A stretch of DNA of 64,000 nucleotides, from positions 6,098 to 70,097 of the IMG/VR virus record IMGVR_UViG_2855933439_000001. One strand, written 5' to 3'. A program made the position numbers and the translations under genes. Under the pieces are notes generated by a model. That model was not told the origin of the DNA, did no database searches, and saw only the letters and a list, made by a program, of their open reading frames with translations. How positions within the stretch are numbered: the first letter of the stretch is position 1; each line of letters begins with the position of its first letter. This document shows positions 8,112-17,204 of the stretch, one piece after another. Source of the DNA: a virus (taxonomy: Duplodnaviria; Caudoviricetes).

Positions 8112-8678
8112 TCACGCCACCTCGCGGGCGTCGAGGGGCAGGGCGCGTAGGCTGGCCGCGTCGGTCGGATCAAAGGGAGCGACCGCCGCCTCGGGCAGGC
8201 CGTTGTCGAGGGCGAGGCCCCGCCAGGCGAAGATTGCACCGGCCGGGCCGGGCGAGCGCGCGCTCTCGCGGCCGATCAGCGCGGAGACCCGGCCGTGGAA
8301 CGACCCGGGCCGCTTGCGGCGGGGCGCGGCGTCGAGCCAGCGCACGTAGGCGTGATGCAGCGTACCGACCGACACCGACGCGCTGGCCCTCAGCCGGGTC
8401 TCCTGCATCAGGAACTCGAGGAGCGGATCATCCTTGAATGCGTGACCGGCGAGCTCCTCGATCGGTCCGGCGTGGCCGATCTGACCCGTGATGGCGCCGA
8501 CGACGTGTAGAAGGTTGGCGTCCGTGAGCGCCGCGCAGCTCTGCCAGCGACTCCAGCGCGCGTAGGTCGCGCAAAGCTCTCGGGCCGGGACGCGTGCGGT
8601 CGGGGCAGCCGGCTCCAAGCAGTCGGCCAGGAAGGCACGGATGAGGTCGCCGAGGGTCGGCGGAGTGGGGCGGGGCAC
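8112..8678 (-). CDS. Protein with two tandem winged-helix-like repeats resembling the P4/D5 primase C-terminal domain
   Basis: AFLADCLE..ARVPARELCATYARW and EFLMQETRL..SVSVGTLHHAYVRW...AWRGLAL. Confidence 0.55.
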   Translation of the reverse strand: MPRPTPPTLGDLIRAFLADCLEPAAPTARVPARELCATYARWSRWQSCAALTDANLLHVVGAITGQIGHAGPIEELAGHAFKDDPLLEFLMQETRLRASASVSVGTLHHAYVRWLDAAPRRKRPGSFHGRVSALIGRESARSPGPAGAIFAWRGLALDNGLPEAAVAPFDPTDAASLRALPLDAREVA

Positions 8679-8720
8679 GAGCAGGCTCCATCGCTGGCGG
8701 GCGATGGGGCAGATGCTGCG

Positions 8721-8762
8721 TCAGCTTTTTCTGATAGTCAATCGCAAAGCAGAAAAATCTGA
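8721..8762 (-). promoter_or_regulatory. Putative PL promoter with two 14-bp operators
   Basis: TCAGCTTTTTCTGA (8721-8734) and GCAGAAAAATCTGA (8749-8762) flank a minus-strand TTGACT (8741-8736). Confidence 0.7.
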
Positions 8763-8799
8763 TGGCGAGCTGATGGTCCAGCGTGCTGTGTATCAGAAG

Positions 8800-9300
8800 T
8801 CACCCGTCCGGCTGAGCCTCGCACGTGAGCATTTCCGGCCACGTGTAGAAGGCGAAGCGAACCCCACTGTCTCGTATCTCATGGTCGGTGTGCATCTTGC
8901 CGCGGAGGCGGTTAGCGAACTGATTGACCCGTTGCGGCGACCAGTTTGGCTGGAGCGCTGCCACAAGTGCATTGCACGCGAGGCGAAATGCCTTGATCTC
9001 AGACGCGTCGCTTTGGTCAGGTTTTCGCCAGCGCGTGATCAGCATCGACGCGCGAGTCGACTCGCCCAGTGTGTTCGCGGTGAGGCTGAATTTCGATCCG
9101 AGTTCCCAGACGCACACGGTCTTGAGGTACTTGGGTTCTCCGCAAACGGCAGCGCCCCAGTCGAGATGATCTCCAAGACGCTTCGAAGCGGCGGTGATAG
9201 CAGGTCCAGCGTCGGCGAAAGCAATACTGAGCTCGGCTGCACGAACTGCCGGGACATTGGCAGCAAAGCAAGACGCGCTGAGAAACATTGCCTTAATCAT
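8800..9300 (-). CDS. Predicted exported protein downstream of cI (166 aa)
   Basis: ATG 9300; signal-peptide-like MIKAMFLSASCFAANVPAVRA-AE; lower GC than the phage core. Confidence 0.6.
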   Translation of the reverse strand: MIKAMFLSASCFAANVPAVRAAELSIAFADAGPAITAASKRLGDHLDWGAAVCGEPKYLKTVCVWELGSKFSLTANTLGESTRASMLITRWRKPDQSDASEIKAFRLACNALVAALQPNWSPQRVNQFANRLRGKMHTDHEIRDSGVRFAFYTWPEMLTCEAQPDG

Positions 9301-9443
9301 AGCGCGCCTAATCTCCTCAGTTGATTGAAATCTCGTGATGAGGGTGCGGCCCCGGCGCGATGCGTTGATGGCTGCCCGGCATGCCTTGACATGGGCGCAA
9401 AATGAGAACGAAAATAGAACAAATGCGTGCATAGGTTCTCGGT

Positions 9444-9683
9444 ATGGTCGCGGGAGTGGGAAATGTTGGCGGCCTCGTTGAGCATAAAAGAACGCTCCGG
9501 GTTCGATGTCTCGGCTGTGGTTCTGAGACCTACCCGCGCATAACATTGGGAATGCGCCGACTAGACCCGAAAGGAATTGATTCAATGGTTCGCAAAATGA
9601 TCTCGAGCATCTCATTTTACTGTGCGGCGTGTAACTCTGAGAAGGGCCGTGTGCTCGGACATTTTGAGGAAGCTTCGCGGTAA
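9444..9683 (+). CDS. Small zinc-ribbon protein
   Basis: CLGC ... CAAC pairs in 79 aa; converges on the cI 3' end. Confidence 0.55.
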   Translation: MVAGVGNVGGLVEHKRTLRVRCLGCGSETYPRITLGMRRLDPKGIDSMVRKMISSISFYCAACNSEKGRVLGHFEEASR

Positions 9684-9699
9684 TGCCGCACGCCACAAT

Positions 9700-10821
9700 T
9701 CAGATCCGGTGTCGTATCTCGCGCACCCACGCAAGAAGGCGAACCTCCTGGCCATCGTCCGGATCCCGGTCGTGCGGAACAATGATGGGCTTGTGCTTGG
9801 TGTTAGATGAGCGCGGATGGAACTCGTAGCGATCTTGGTAGAGCTCGAGCTGCTTCACCGACAGCTCGCGCAGGTGCCCGCCATCGCGCATACGCTCGAT
9901 CACTACTACCATGCCAGTGTAGAGCGCCGCCCGTCCGCGAAGGCTCTCGAAATCAAGGCCAGACAAACGACTCCCGCCGATGATTGGCTGCGGCTTTAAC
10001 GCATCCATAGAATCGCCACGCACATCAAAGACCAGCATGCGAGCGTACGGATACTCTTCGTCGGCCAGGGCGGAGACGCGCGGCGGCGCTACATCAGAGA
10101 ATTCGTCTACCTCTCGGAATGTGCCCGCCTCCACGACACCTCCATACATAGCTTCGACGACACGGCTGGCGGACAAGACTACCTCATCCTCGGGCGCCTC
10201 AGCCGGTGCGGTGGGAAGAACTGCGGCAGCTATTCCGGGCCGGTTGGCGCCGATGCCCGTGATGAGCCACGTCGCCGTGGTTGCAAGCGGTTTCGCGAGG
10301 GCATTGAGAAGCGCGATGTCAAGGTGTGGCCGATCGCCATCCGTCACCAGTGATCGGCGTAGCCGACTGACGGCATCTGGCTGCTTCGCTTGTTCGGCGA
10401 GACCTGCTTCCGAGAGTCCGACGTGAGCAATGCGTTGCTGCAACCGTATGAGAATCGGATGCTCGGTCCCAGTCGCCCCCGGCGACTCATGCGCCGCCTT
10501 CGACATATCCCCAGCAATCGTCTGGGAAGTGCGTCGTGACTTCACGTGGGTCGGCGCGGTGCGCGTCCCCTCGGAACCCGCGAAATCGCCGGCGACTACA
10601 CCCTTGTCAGGATCTGATATCTTCCCGAGCAGGAAATCCTCGCTTGTAGCGAGGGCGCGGGCCAAATTCGTGATGCTCTCGCCGCGTACGCTGATCTTGT
10701 GCCCACGCACTAAGTCGTTGATGAACGCAGTGTTTTTGAACCCACCGCGCCGGGCAGCCTCGGCCTGCGAGATGTCTCGCAGATCTAAGAGATAGCTCAC
10801 CCGTTCCTGAAGCGTGTTCAT
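9700..10821 (-). CDS. CI-like repressor with two XRE HTH domains and a C-terminal S24 peptidase
   Basis: ATG 10821 (MNTLQERV). HTH1 ISQAEAARRG...LARALATSEDFLL; HTH2 LSEAGLAEQA...LAKPLATTATWLITG; S24 VRGDSM (Ser) and LSVKQL (Lys). Confidence 0.9.
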   Translation of the reverse strand: MNTLQERVSYLLDLRDISQAEAARRGGFKNTAFINDLVRGHKISVRGESITNLARALATSEDFLLGKISDPDKGVVAGDFAGSEGTRTAPTHVKSRRTSQTIAGDMSKAAHESPGATGTEHPILIRLQQRIAHVGLSEAGLAEQAKQPDAVSRLRRSLVTDGDRPHLDIALLNALAKPLATTATWLITGIGANRPGIAAAVLPTAPAEAPEDEVVLSASRVVEAMYGGVVEAGTFREVDEFSDVAPPRVSALADEEYPYARMLVFDVRGDSMDALKPQPIIGGSRLSGLDFESLRGRAALYTGMVVVIERMRDGGHLRELSVKQLELYQDRYEFHPRSSNTKHKPIIVPHDRDPDDGQEVRLLAWVREIRHRI

Positions 10822-10822
10822 A

Positions 10823-10903
10823 TCGGAATTATCCGATAGCGTCACGGTTCCGCCTAGCCAGAAGTTTCTGATTGACCGTCAGCAAAATCTGATGTTTGCT
10901 GAC
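10823..10903 (+). promoter_or_regulatory. PR/PRM control region with three 14-bp operators
   Basis: TCGGAATTATCCGA (10823-36), CCAGAAGTTTCTGA (10858-71), TTGACC (10872-77), TCAGCAAAATCTGA (10879-92). Confidence 0.7.
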
Positions 10904-10906
10904 GGT

Positions 10907-11179
10907 ATGGAACAGACCCTCCGTGATCACCTGTTCGCCCTCCGCGACGTGTACTGCGCCCACACAGGCGCATCCTCGACGACGGTTGCTCAGGCCGCGT
11001 GCGGGGATTGGCGATTCTTCGACAAAGTCGGCGACGCGCCCGCAGCGTCATTTCGGATTCGCACCTACGACCGTGCGTGTCAGTGGTTCGCCGACCATTG
11101 GCCTGATGCCGTATCTTGGCCCAACGATATTCCGCGCCCGCTGCGCGACGCCGTCACAGCCGAAGCGGGGGCTGCCTGA
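10907..11179 (+). CDS. Cro-like protein, divergent from cI (90 aa)
   Basis: ATG 10907; STTVAQAACGDWRFFDK...ACQWFADHWPDAVSWPNDIPRP pattern seen in alphaproteobacterial phage genes at the cro position. Confidence 0.75.
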   Translation: MEQTLRDHLFALRDVYCAHTGASSTTVAQAACGDWRFFDKVGDAPAASFRIRTYDRACQWFADHWPDAVSWPNDIPRPLRDAVTAEAGAA

Positions 11180-11448
11180 TGCGCGCCCGCTGGATCCTCA
11201 TCCGCTTGGCCCCCGAGGCGATCTCTTCGACCGCCGCCGCCCAGACGCCCCTAGCTACGGCGGCAGTCGATACGCCGGCCGGGTGCGCGACGCGACCGGC
11301 CGGCAAACCCTGGTCCCGCTACGCCCCCGAGGGCGTCGCGGCCCTGATGATCCTCGCGGGCTTGGTGCTCATCGCCGCCGGCCCGTGCCTCGCTCCGCCG
11401 GCGTCCGTCGCGCTGCGCGGCGCGCTCACGGCGGAAAGCCGGCCCTGA
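11179..11448 (+). CDS. Hypothetical protein with one predicted TM helix
   Basis: TGATG overlap with cro; GVAALMILAGLVLIAAG. Confidence 0.45.
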   Translation: MRARWILIRLAPEAISSTAAAQTPLATAAVDTPAGCATRPAGKPWSRYAPEGVAALMILAGLVLIAAGPCLAPPASVALRGALTAESRP

Positions 11449-11571
11449 TGGACCGGCCTGCCGTCTTCCCGATCACGGTCTCCTCCCGCGGCCGTCCCGA
11501 AGTTCCTGCCGGCGCCGGTTCTGGGACCGGTAGGGGCGTGGCCCTCACGGGCGTTTCCTCCCAAGGTGACT

Positions 11572-11601
11572 GGCCGGAGCCCTCGCGGCTCCGGCCCTTT
11601 T
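11572..11601 (+). terminator. Intrinsic terminator (tR1-like)
   Basis: GGCCGGAGCC-CTCGC-GGCTCCGGCC-CTTTT, perfect 10-bp stem. Confidence 0.65.
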
Positions 11602-11743
11602 GGGATTTCCGTTCCTCGTGCGCGACCCATGCCCACCAAAGCCGGTCGCGCTCAACCACACATCACGCCGCCTCCTCTCTGGCGCCGCCCGCCATGGGCC
11701 GCCCTACCGTGGTGTTAACAACACACCACAGGAGGTTTCCGAG

Positions 11744-12223
11744 ATGTCGGAATTCTTCTCCGAGATCTCGGAAAAACCTTCCGAGCGCTCGGAACACCCT
11801 CCCGAGACACGCCGGATGACGACGCTGGAAGAGGCCGCTTTTCTCATCAAGGACGTCGCCGAGCCGCGGCCGGCCGGGGATTCCGTCAAGGCCGCCATCG
11901 ACCGCGCGGCCCGGCGGGTCTCCGCCTTTCTCCAGGAGCCCATGCGTTATGGTCGGGCCGAGGACATCTGGCGGCGGGAAGCCCGGCGCATCTCCGCCGA
12001 GGAGATGGACGCGCTCCGCGCCGCTCACGCCCAGCGCCAGCGCGCGCTCGCGGACCAGGGCTGCGCGGTGGCTGAGGTGGCTGACCGCCTGGAGCACCTG
12101 GTTGCCCTCTGCGATGCGGGCGAGGCTCGGCTCGCTGTTGATCAGCTTCGGTGTGCGGCTCGTGCGGCGCGGCGATCGGCGAACGCGCTGGGGCGTCTGG
12201 CTGACGCGCGGGCGGAGGCCTGA
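11744..12223 (+). CDS. Phage regulator at the CII position (159 aa)
   Basis: GGAGG at 11731 then ATG 11744; GDSVKAAIDRAARR...WRREARRISAEEMDALR; C-terminal coiled coil. Confidence 0.6.
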   Translation: MSEFFSEISEKPSERSEHPPETRRMTTLEEAAFLIKDVAEPRPAGDSVKAAIDRAARRVSAFLQEPMRYGRAEDIWRREARRISAEEMDALRAAHAQRQRALADQGCAVAEVADRLEHLVALCDAGEARLAVDQLRCAARAARRSANALGRLADARAEA

Positions 12224-12356
12224 GCGATGACCCGTCGCCGCCTCAGCACCGGTCCTCCGGCCCCCATCATCCCGGCGGAGGACCCATCGTCGTCATCTAA
12301 CCCATAGGCCGCCAGAGCCGGATCACCGGCCGCCCGGCCACCGCGCCCACCCGTCC

Positions 12357-12752
12357 GTGGCGCGCATTTCAGGGGCCTCGATCATGGTACAACCGAGTGT
12401 GCGTCCGCGCGTGGCGGTTGCCGCGTCGCTCCTTCTGTGCGCCCCGCATCCCGGCTCGGACGGCGTGCTGGCCTACGTCGACCTCCTGCGCGACGAGGCC
12501 GCGTACTTGCTCCGCCGCTACGGCGTCGAACGCCGCGGCCTCAGCGACGAGGAGGCGGACGAGGCCGCGCGCCTCGCCGGTACCGCACAGGATCTCCTAA
12601 CCCTTGCCGACCTCTACCTGCACAGCGCCACCCCGTATCGGGATGACCCACGCACCGCCCGAGCGCCCTGCCACGCGCCGGCCCCGCTGCCCGGCCACCT
12701 CCTGGTGCGCCCCAGGGAGGGCGCCCCGACCGATCTCCAGGTGCGGGGGTGA
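12357..12752 (+). CDS. Hypothetical phage protein
   Basis: 131 aa, overlaps the next start. Confidence 0.5.
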   Translation: MARISGASIMVQPSVRPRVAVAASLLLCAPHPGSDGVLAYVDLLRDEAAYLLRRYGVERRGLSDEEADEAARLAGTAQDLLTLADLYLHSATPYRDDPRTARAPCHAPAPLPGHLLVRPREGAPTDLQVRG

Positions 12753-13537
12753 GCATGGCCACGCGCGCCTGCCCCGTCTGGTCCCCGAAGGACATCCGCC
12801 GCGCGGTCCCGAAGCCGGCTCCGATGCTCCCCCCGGCCTCCGCGCCGATCCCGGAACCCTGCACACCCGCCTGCCCGCACAGCGCGGCCCCGCTCGACCT
12901 CGAGGGTCTCTACGCCCAGGTCGAGGCGGATCGGATGGCCCGGCTCGCACCTCCTACGGCCCCGGCGCCTGTCCCTCCTGTCGCGCCCGCGACCGTTACT
13001 GATCCGGTCGACAGCCCGCGCCGCGCTCGCGCCGTGGCCAAACCGACCGCCCAACGTCGCCCAAGCGCCAGCGCCCCGACCAAGGGCGCCCAGGCCGTCG
13101 CGCGCATCGAGGCGCAGGCCCTCACCACCGGCGCGCGCCCGGCCCCGGTTGCACCCGCTCGCCCGGTCGTGACGATCCAGGCGGCCACGCATCGGGGCCG
13201 CGTGGCCAGTGACTTCCCGAACGCCGACGCCTTCATCCTGGCGCCGACGCCGGGCGGCATGCCGTCCCGCATCTTCGCCGAGCTCCTGCGCCGCCGGGCC
13301 GCCGCGGTGCACGCCGACATCTTCGCCGGCGAGCCTGAGGCGAGGGCTTGGCGCCGCGACGTCGCCCGTGAGGATCTCCGCGCCCTCGCCGACCTCTACG
13401 AGCACTGCCCGACCCTCTACCCCGTCGTGACGATCCGCGAGAGCGACGGCCTCGCGATCAACGGTGACGCCCTACGCGCCGCCGTCCAGCGCTTGGGCGG
13501 CGGCTCCTCGCCCGCCCTCGCCTGCGTTGAGGGCTGA
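12749..13537 (+). CDS. Pro/Ala-rich hypothetical phage protein
   Basis: 262 aa, phage-like codon usage, packed in the operon. Confidence 0.55.
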   Translation: MSMATRACPVWSPKDIRRAVPKPAPMLPPASAPIPEPCTPACPHSAAPLDLEGLYAQVEADRMARLAPPTAPAPVPPVAPATVTDPVDSPRRARAVAKPTAQRRPSASAPTKGAQAVARIEAQALTTGARPAPVAPARPVVTIQAATHRGRVASDFPNADAFILAPTPGGMPSRIFAELLRRRAAAVHADIFAGEPEARAWRRDVAREDLRALADLYEHCPTLYPVVTIRESDGLAINGDALRAAVQRLGGGSSPALACVEG

Positions 13538-13541
13538 GACC

Positions 13542-14762
13542 GTGGGCTCGGCCGCGCACGACGCCTGGGTTGAGGAGGCCCGCGCCGCGGACCTCGTCGC
13601 CTACGCGCGCGCCCGCTCGCCCAAGATCCTGCGCACCACCACCGAGTGGATCGGCCCGTGCCCCGGCTGCGGCGGCACCGACCGCTTCGGCATCTCGCTG
13701 CGCAAGAGCATCTGGTCGTGCCGGCAGGGCGGGGGCACGCCGATCGGCGGCGACGTCATCGCCCTGGTGCAGCACGTCGAGGGCTGCGACTTCCGCACCG
13801 CCTGCACGATCCTGACTGGACGCCGCCCTCCAGGGGTCGAACCCGAGACGGAGGCCGAGCGCGCCGAGCGGCGCGCCGTTCGGGCGGCGCGCGAGGTGGC
13901 GTCCCGTGCGAAGGCTGCGGCGGCCGAGCGGGAGAGTGCGCGTTTCCGCGAGGCTGAGCGGGAGCGGCTTCGGGATCTCTGGCGCGCCGCCGGGCCCGTC
14001 GCCGATTCGCCGGCGGAGGCCTACCTGGCGCGACGCGGACTTGCGCCCCCGCATGGTGCTGATCTGCGGTGCGCGCTTGCCCATCCCTTCTTCGCGTCGG
14101 GGGCGCACGGTGCAGCGGTGCTGCACCGCGGTCCAGCGCTTCTGGCCGCGATCCGCGGCCCGGGTACCGGTCCGGAAGGTCGCTTCGCAGGCCTGCACGC
14201 GACCTGGATCGACCTCGACGCCCCGGACGGCAAGCTCCGGCTCGCCGACCCCGCCACCGGCGAGTGCCTGCCGGCCCGCAAGGCCCGGGGCTCGGTCACC
14301 GACGGCCGGATCGAGCTCGTGCGCGTCGTCGACCCCGTCCGCCTGGTGCTGGGAGAGGGGATCGAGACGGTGCTCTCGGCCTGGGAGGCCTTGCGCGCCT
14401 GCCGCCCCGTCTTCGTCGAGGGGTGCGCCTTCTGGTCCGGCGTCGCGCTCGGCAACATCGCCGGGAAGGCGGCCGACACCGTACCCCACCCATCCGAGCG
14501 GCGGCTCGACCGGGCCGGGCGCCTGCGCCGCCTCTTCGTGCCGAGCGGGACCCCGGCCGATGACGCCGGCCCCGGCATTCCGATCCCGCCCTCCGTCCGC
14601 GAGCTCTGGCTCTGCGGCGACGGCGATTCGGACCGGTTCGCCACCACCCTCGCCCTCGAGCGCGCCCGCCGCCGCTACGCCCGACCCGGCCTCTCGGTCG
14701 AGATCGCCTGGGCGCCCGAGGGCCAGGATTTCAACGACGTGCTTCGGAGTGCCGCCGCGTGA
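13542..14762 (+). CDS. Primase: zinc-binding N-terminus and TOPRIM domain
   Basis: GTG 13542; GPCPGCGGTDRF..WSCRQ, LGEGIETVLS, LCGDGD, APEGQDFND. Confidence 0.88.
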   Translation: MGSAAHDAWVEEARAADLVAYARARSPKILRTTTEWIGPCPGCGGTDRFGISLRKSIWSCRQGGGTPIGGDVIALVQHVEGCDFRTACTILTGRRPPGVEPETEAERAERRAVRAAREVASRAKAAAAERESARFREAERERLRDLWRAAGPVADSPAEAYLARRGLAPPHGADLRCALAHPFFASGAHGAAVLHRGPALLAAIRGPGTGPEGRFAGLHATWIDLDAPDGKLRLADPATGECLPARKARGSVTDGRIELVRVVDPVRLVLGEGIETVLSAWEALRACRPVFVEGCAFWSGVALGNIAGKAADTVPHPSERRLDRAGRLRRLFVPSGTPADDAGPGIPIPPSVRELWLCGDGDSDRFATTLALERARRRYARPGLSVEIAWAPEGQDFNDVLRSAAA

Positions 14763-15337
14763 TGCCCGCCATGCCCCCCGTCTGCGAGGTATCGATCGCT
14801 CTCGACCGAGCCACGGCGGCTCGGCTCGCGCCGCCGCCACCCCGGCGCTCGGCGCGCGAGCCCGAGGGCGTCCGTGCCGCGGGCCCGGCTCGGAGCTTCG
14901 CAGGCCTGACCGTCAGCATCGGGGCGGTGGCGCGCCAAGCCATTGCCGAAGCGCGGGCCAAGCGCGCCGGGACCGAGGCCGTGCTGCCGCTCGCCCCCGA
15001 GCCCGCTCCCATCTCGATCAGCCTCGCGCCGCCCCGCGACCTCGCTGACGCGCTCGCCGGCTACACGTTCGCACAGCTCTACACCCATGCCCTCGACGGC
15101 CTGCGCCGGGCCAGGATCAACCTCGAACACGCCGAGGATCTGGCCTCGGGTCGGCACGAGCCCCGCGAACTACGCCGCGACCCAACCGCGTTCGCGCCCA
15201 CTCCCGGCTGCGTCGCCGAGTTCGTCGCCACCGCCCGCGTCAAGGCTGCCGAGGCCGAGGCGCTGTGCGCGGTCCTCGCCCTGTGCGCCGGGCGGGAGCC
15301 ACTGGTCGCCCAGGCGCTCGCGGGGGAGGGGGCCTGA
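14759..15337 (+). CDS. Hypothetical phage protein
   Basis: 192 aa between primase and helicase, GTGA overlap. Confidence 0.55.
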   Translation: MMPAMPPVCEVSIALDRATAARLAPPPPRRSAREPEGVRAAGPARSFAGLTVSIGAVARQAIAEARAKRAGTEAVLPLAPEPAPISISLAPPRDLADALAGYTFAQLYTHALDGLRRARINLEHAEDLASGRHEPRELRRDPTAFAPTPGCVAEFVATARVKAAEAEALCAVLALCAGREPLVAQALAGEGA

Positions 15338-15383
15338 ACCCCCTCTCACTTTCACCATCTCAGAGCCTCGTGTGAGCCCGCCC

Positions 15384-16874
15384 GTGTCCGACGACCCCAA
15401 AGACCGCATCGCGGGCGCCTTCGCCTCGGCCTCCGTCCTCAGCGAGCACGAGGCCGTGCCCGGCTTGCAGGAGCCCCTCGACGAAGGCGACGACGGCGAC
15501 AGCGACGCCCCGGTGTCCGAGGACGGCGACGGCCCGGCCGACCCGCGCCCCATGGGCTTCGACCTTGGCGCCATGAACCGGGAGTACGCCCTGGTGCTGA
15601 TGGGCTCGAAGGCCGTGATCATGCAGCAGCAGGAGGGGGGCCCGATCGAGGACCGGGTCAAGCTGCTTACCCTCGACGCCTTCCGCGCCTGGTTCATGAA
15701 CCGGCCGACCGAGATCCTCGACAAGGACGGCAAGATCAAGCGCGTCACCTGGGCCGCGCGCTGGCTGGTGAGCCGCGAGCGTCGGCAGTACCGCGGGATC
15801 GAGTTCTTCCCCGATCCCGACAACGAGCCGAACACGCCCGGCTACTTCAACCTCTGGCAGGGCTTCGCTGTCACGCCGCGGGCGAAGGCGAACGGCTACG
15901 GCGTCTTCCGCGATCACCTCCTGACCAACGTCTGCGGCGGGTCGAAGACCCTGTTCGACTGGGTCTTCGGCTGGTTCGCCCACATCGTGCAGCGCCCGCG
16001 CGAACGCATCGGCACGGCCGTGGTGATGCGCGGCAAGATGGGCTCGGGCAAGTCCGTCGTCGGCGACGTCTTCGGCTCGCTCATCGCCAGCCACTTCTTC
16101 CTGGTCGACGATCCCCGCTACCTCGTGGGTCAGTTCAACGCCCACATGGCGAGCTGCCTTCTGCTGCAGGCGGATGAAGGCTTCTGGGCCGGCGATAAGG
16201 CCGCCGAGGGCCGCCTCAAGGGTCTCGTTACGGCCGAGACGCAGATGATCGAGTCGAAGGGGGTCGACCCGATCCGGCTCAAGAACTTCGTGCGCCTGCT
16301 CATCACCTCGAACGAGGATTGGGTGATCCCGGCCGGCAAGGATGAGCGGCGCTTCTGCGTGATCGATGTCGGATCGGGCTGCGCGCAGAACAAGGAGTAC
16401 TTCGCCGAGCTGTACCGTGAGATGGGCGACGGCGGCCGTGAGGCGCTGCTGCACGACCTGCTCAGCTTCGATCTCACCAAGGTCAACCTGCGCCAGATCC
16501 CGCGCACCGAAGCGCTCCTCGAGCAGAAGCTGCGCTCGCTCGACACGGTCGAATCGTGGTGGTTCGAGCGGCTCGCCGCGGGCTCGTGCCTGTCGAAAGA
16601 AGCGCGCTGGCACCCGCACATCCCGGGTGAGGCGCTGTTCGACGACTACATTGTCACCGCCGACAAGATTGGCGTCCGGCGCAAATCCGAGCTGATTGCC
16701 TTCGGGATCAAGATGCGCAAGCTGATCCCCGGCCTCGCCCGCAAGCGGTGCCACTTCGACGGCTCGACGGATCGGATGTGGTGCTACGTGCTGCCGCCGC
16801 TCGCCGCCTGCCGCGAGATGTTCGAGGCCGAGGTCAACCAGGCCGTGACCTGGGACGGGGAGGGGGAGCCGTGA
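15384..16874 (+). CDS. Primase-associated helicase (DUF5906 / NrS-1-like)
   Basis: GTG start near 15372-15384; Walker A GKMGSGKS, QFNAH, LQADE, TSNEDW, DERRF. Confidence 0.9.
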   Translation: MSDDPKDRIAGAFASASVLSEHEAVPGLQEPLDEGDDGDSDAPVSEDGDGPADPRPMGFDLGAMNREYALVLMGSKAVIMQQQEGGPIEDRVKLLTLDAFRAWFMNRPTEILDKDGKIKRVTWAARWLVSRERRQYRGIEFFPDPDNEPNTPGYFNLWQGFAVTPRAKANGYGVFRDHLLTNVCGGSKTLFDWVFGWFAHIVQRPRERIGTAVVMRGKMGSGKSVVGDVFGSLIASHFFLVDDPRYLVGQFNAHMASCLLLQADEGFWAGDKAAEGRLKGLVTAETQMIESKGVDPIRLKNFVRLLITSNEDWVIPAGKDERRFCVIDVGSGCAQNKEYFAELYREMGDGGREALLHDLLSFDLTKVNLRQIPRTEALLEQKLRSLDTVESWWFERLAAGSCLSKEARWHPHIPGEALFDDYIVTADKIGVRRKSELIAFGIKMRKLIPGLARKRCHFDGSTDRMWCYVLPPLAACREMFEAEVNQAVTWDGEGEP

Positions 16875-17204
16875 GAGACCGGGCAGGAAGGGGTGAATCA
16901 CGCTGCGGCGGCGCGCACCATCGCACGCCCCGGGTTGGCTGCGCCCGAGAGACCGGCAAGGAAGGGGTGAATCGCTCCTGTCGCGCGCGGCCGCGCCGTG
17001 CCAACCCGGGATCGGATGTCGCGAGAGACCGGGAAGGAAGGGGTGAATCGCCCGTCTGTCCCAAGTCGAGTTGGGACAGACGACGAACATGGGACAGCGC
17101 AACTCATTGATTTTAAAGGGGTTTTCCCATCTGTCCCAAGTGTCCCAACTTTTTTCGCGCCCGCGCGCGTAAAAGCGCGTTTATCCCTTCCTTCCCGGTC
17201 TCTC
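16873..17204. repeat. Three 27-bp direct repeats plus one inverted partial copy
   Basis: GAGAGACCGG(G/C)(C/A)AGGAAGGGGTGAATC at 16873-16899, 16947-16973 and 17023-17049; inverted 20-nt copy at 17185-17204. Confidence 0.9.

Noticed and set aside
8641-9324. 227-aa plus-strand ORF
   Set aside because: It overlaps the PL operators and the exported-protein gene on the other strand; no motif.
16873-17049. CRISPR mini-array
   Set aside because: Only three repeats, purine-rich and non-palindromic, with long 47-49 nt spacers, no cas genes, and an inverted copy nearby; kept as an unexplained repeat.
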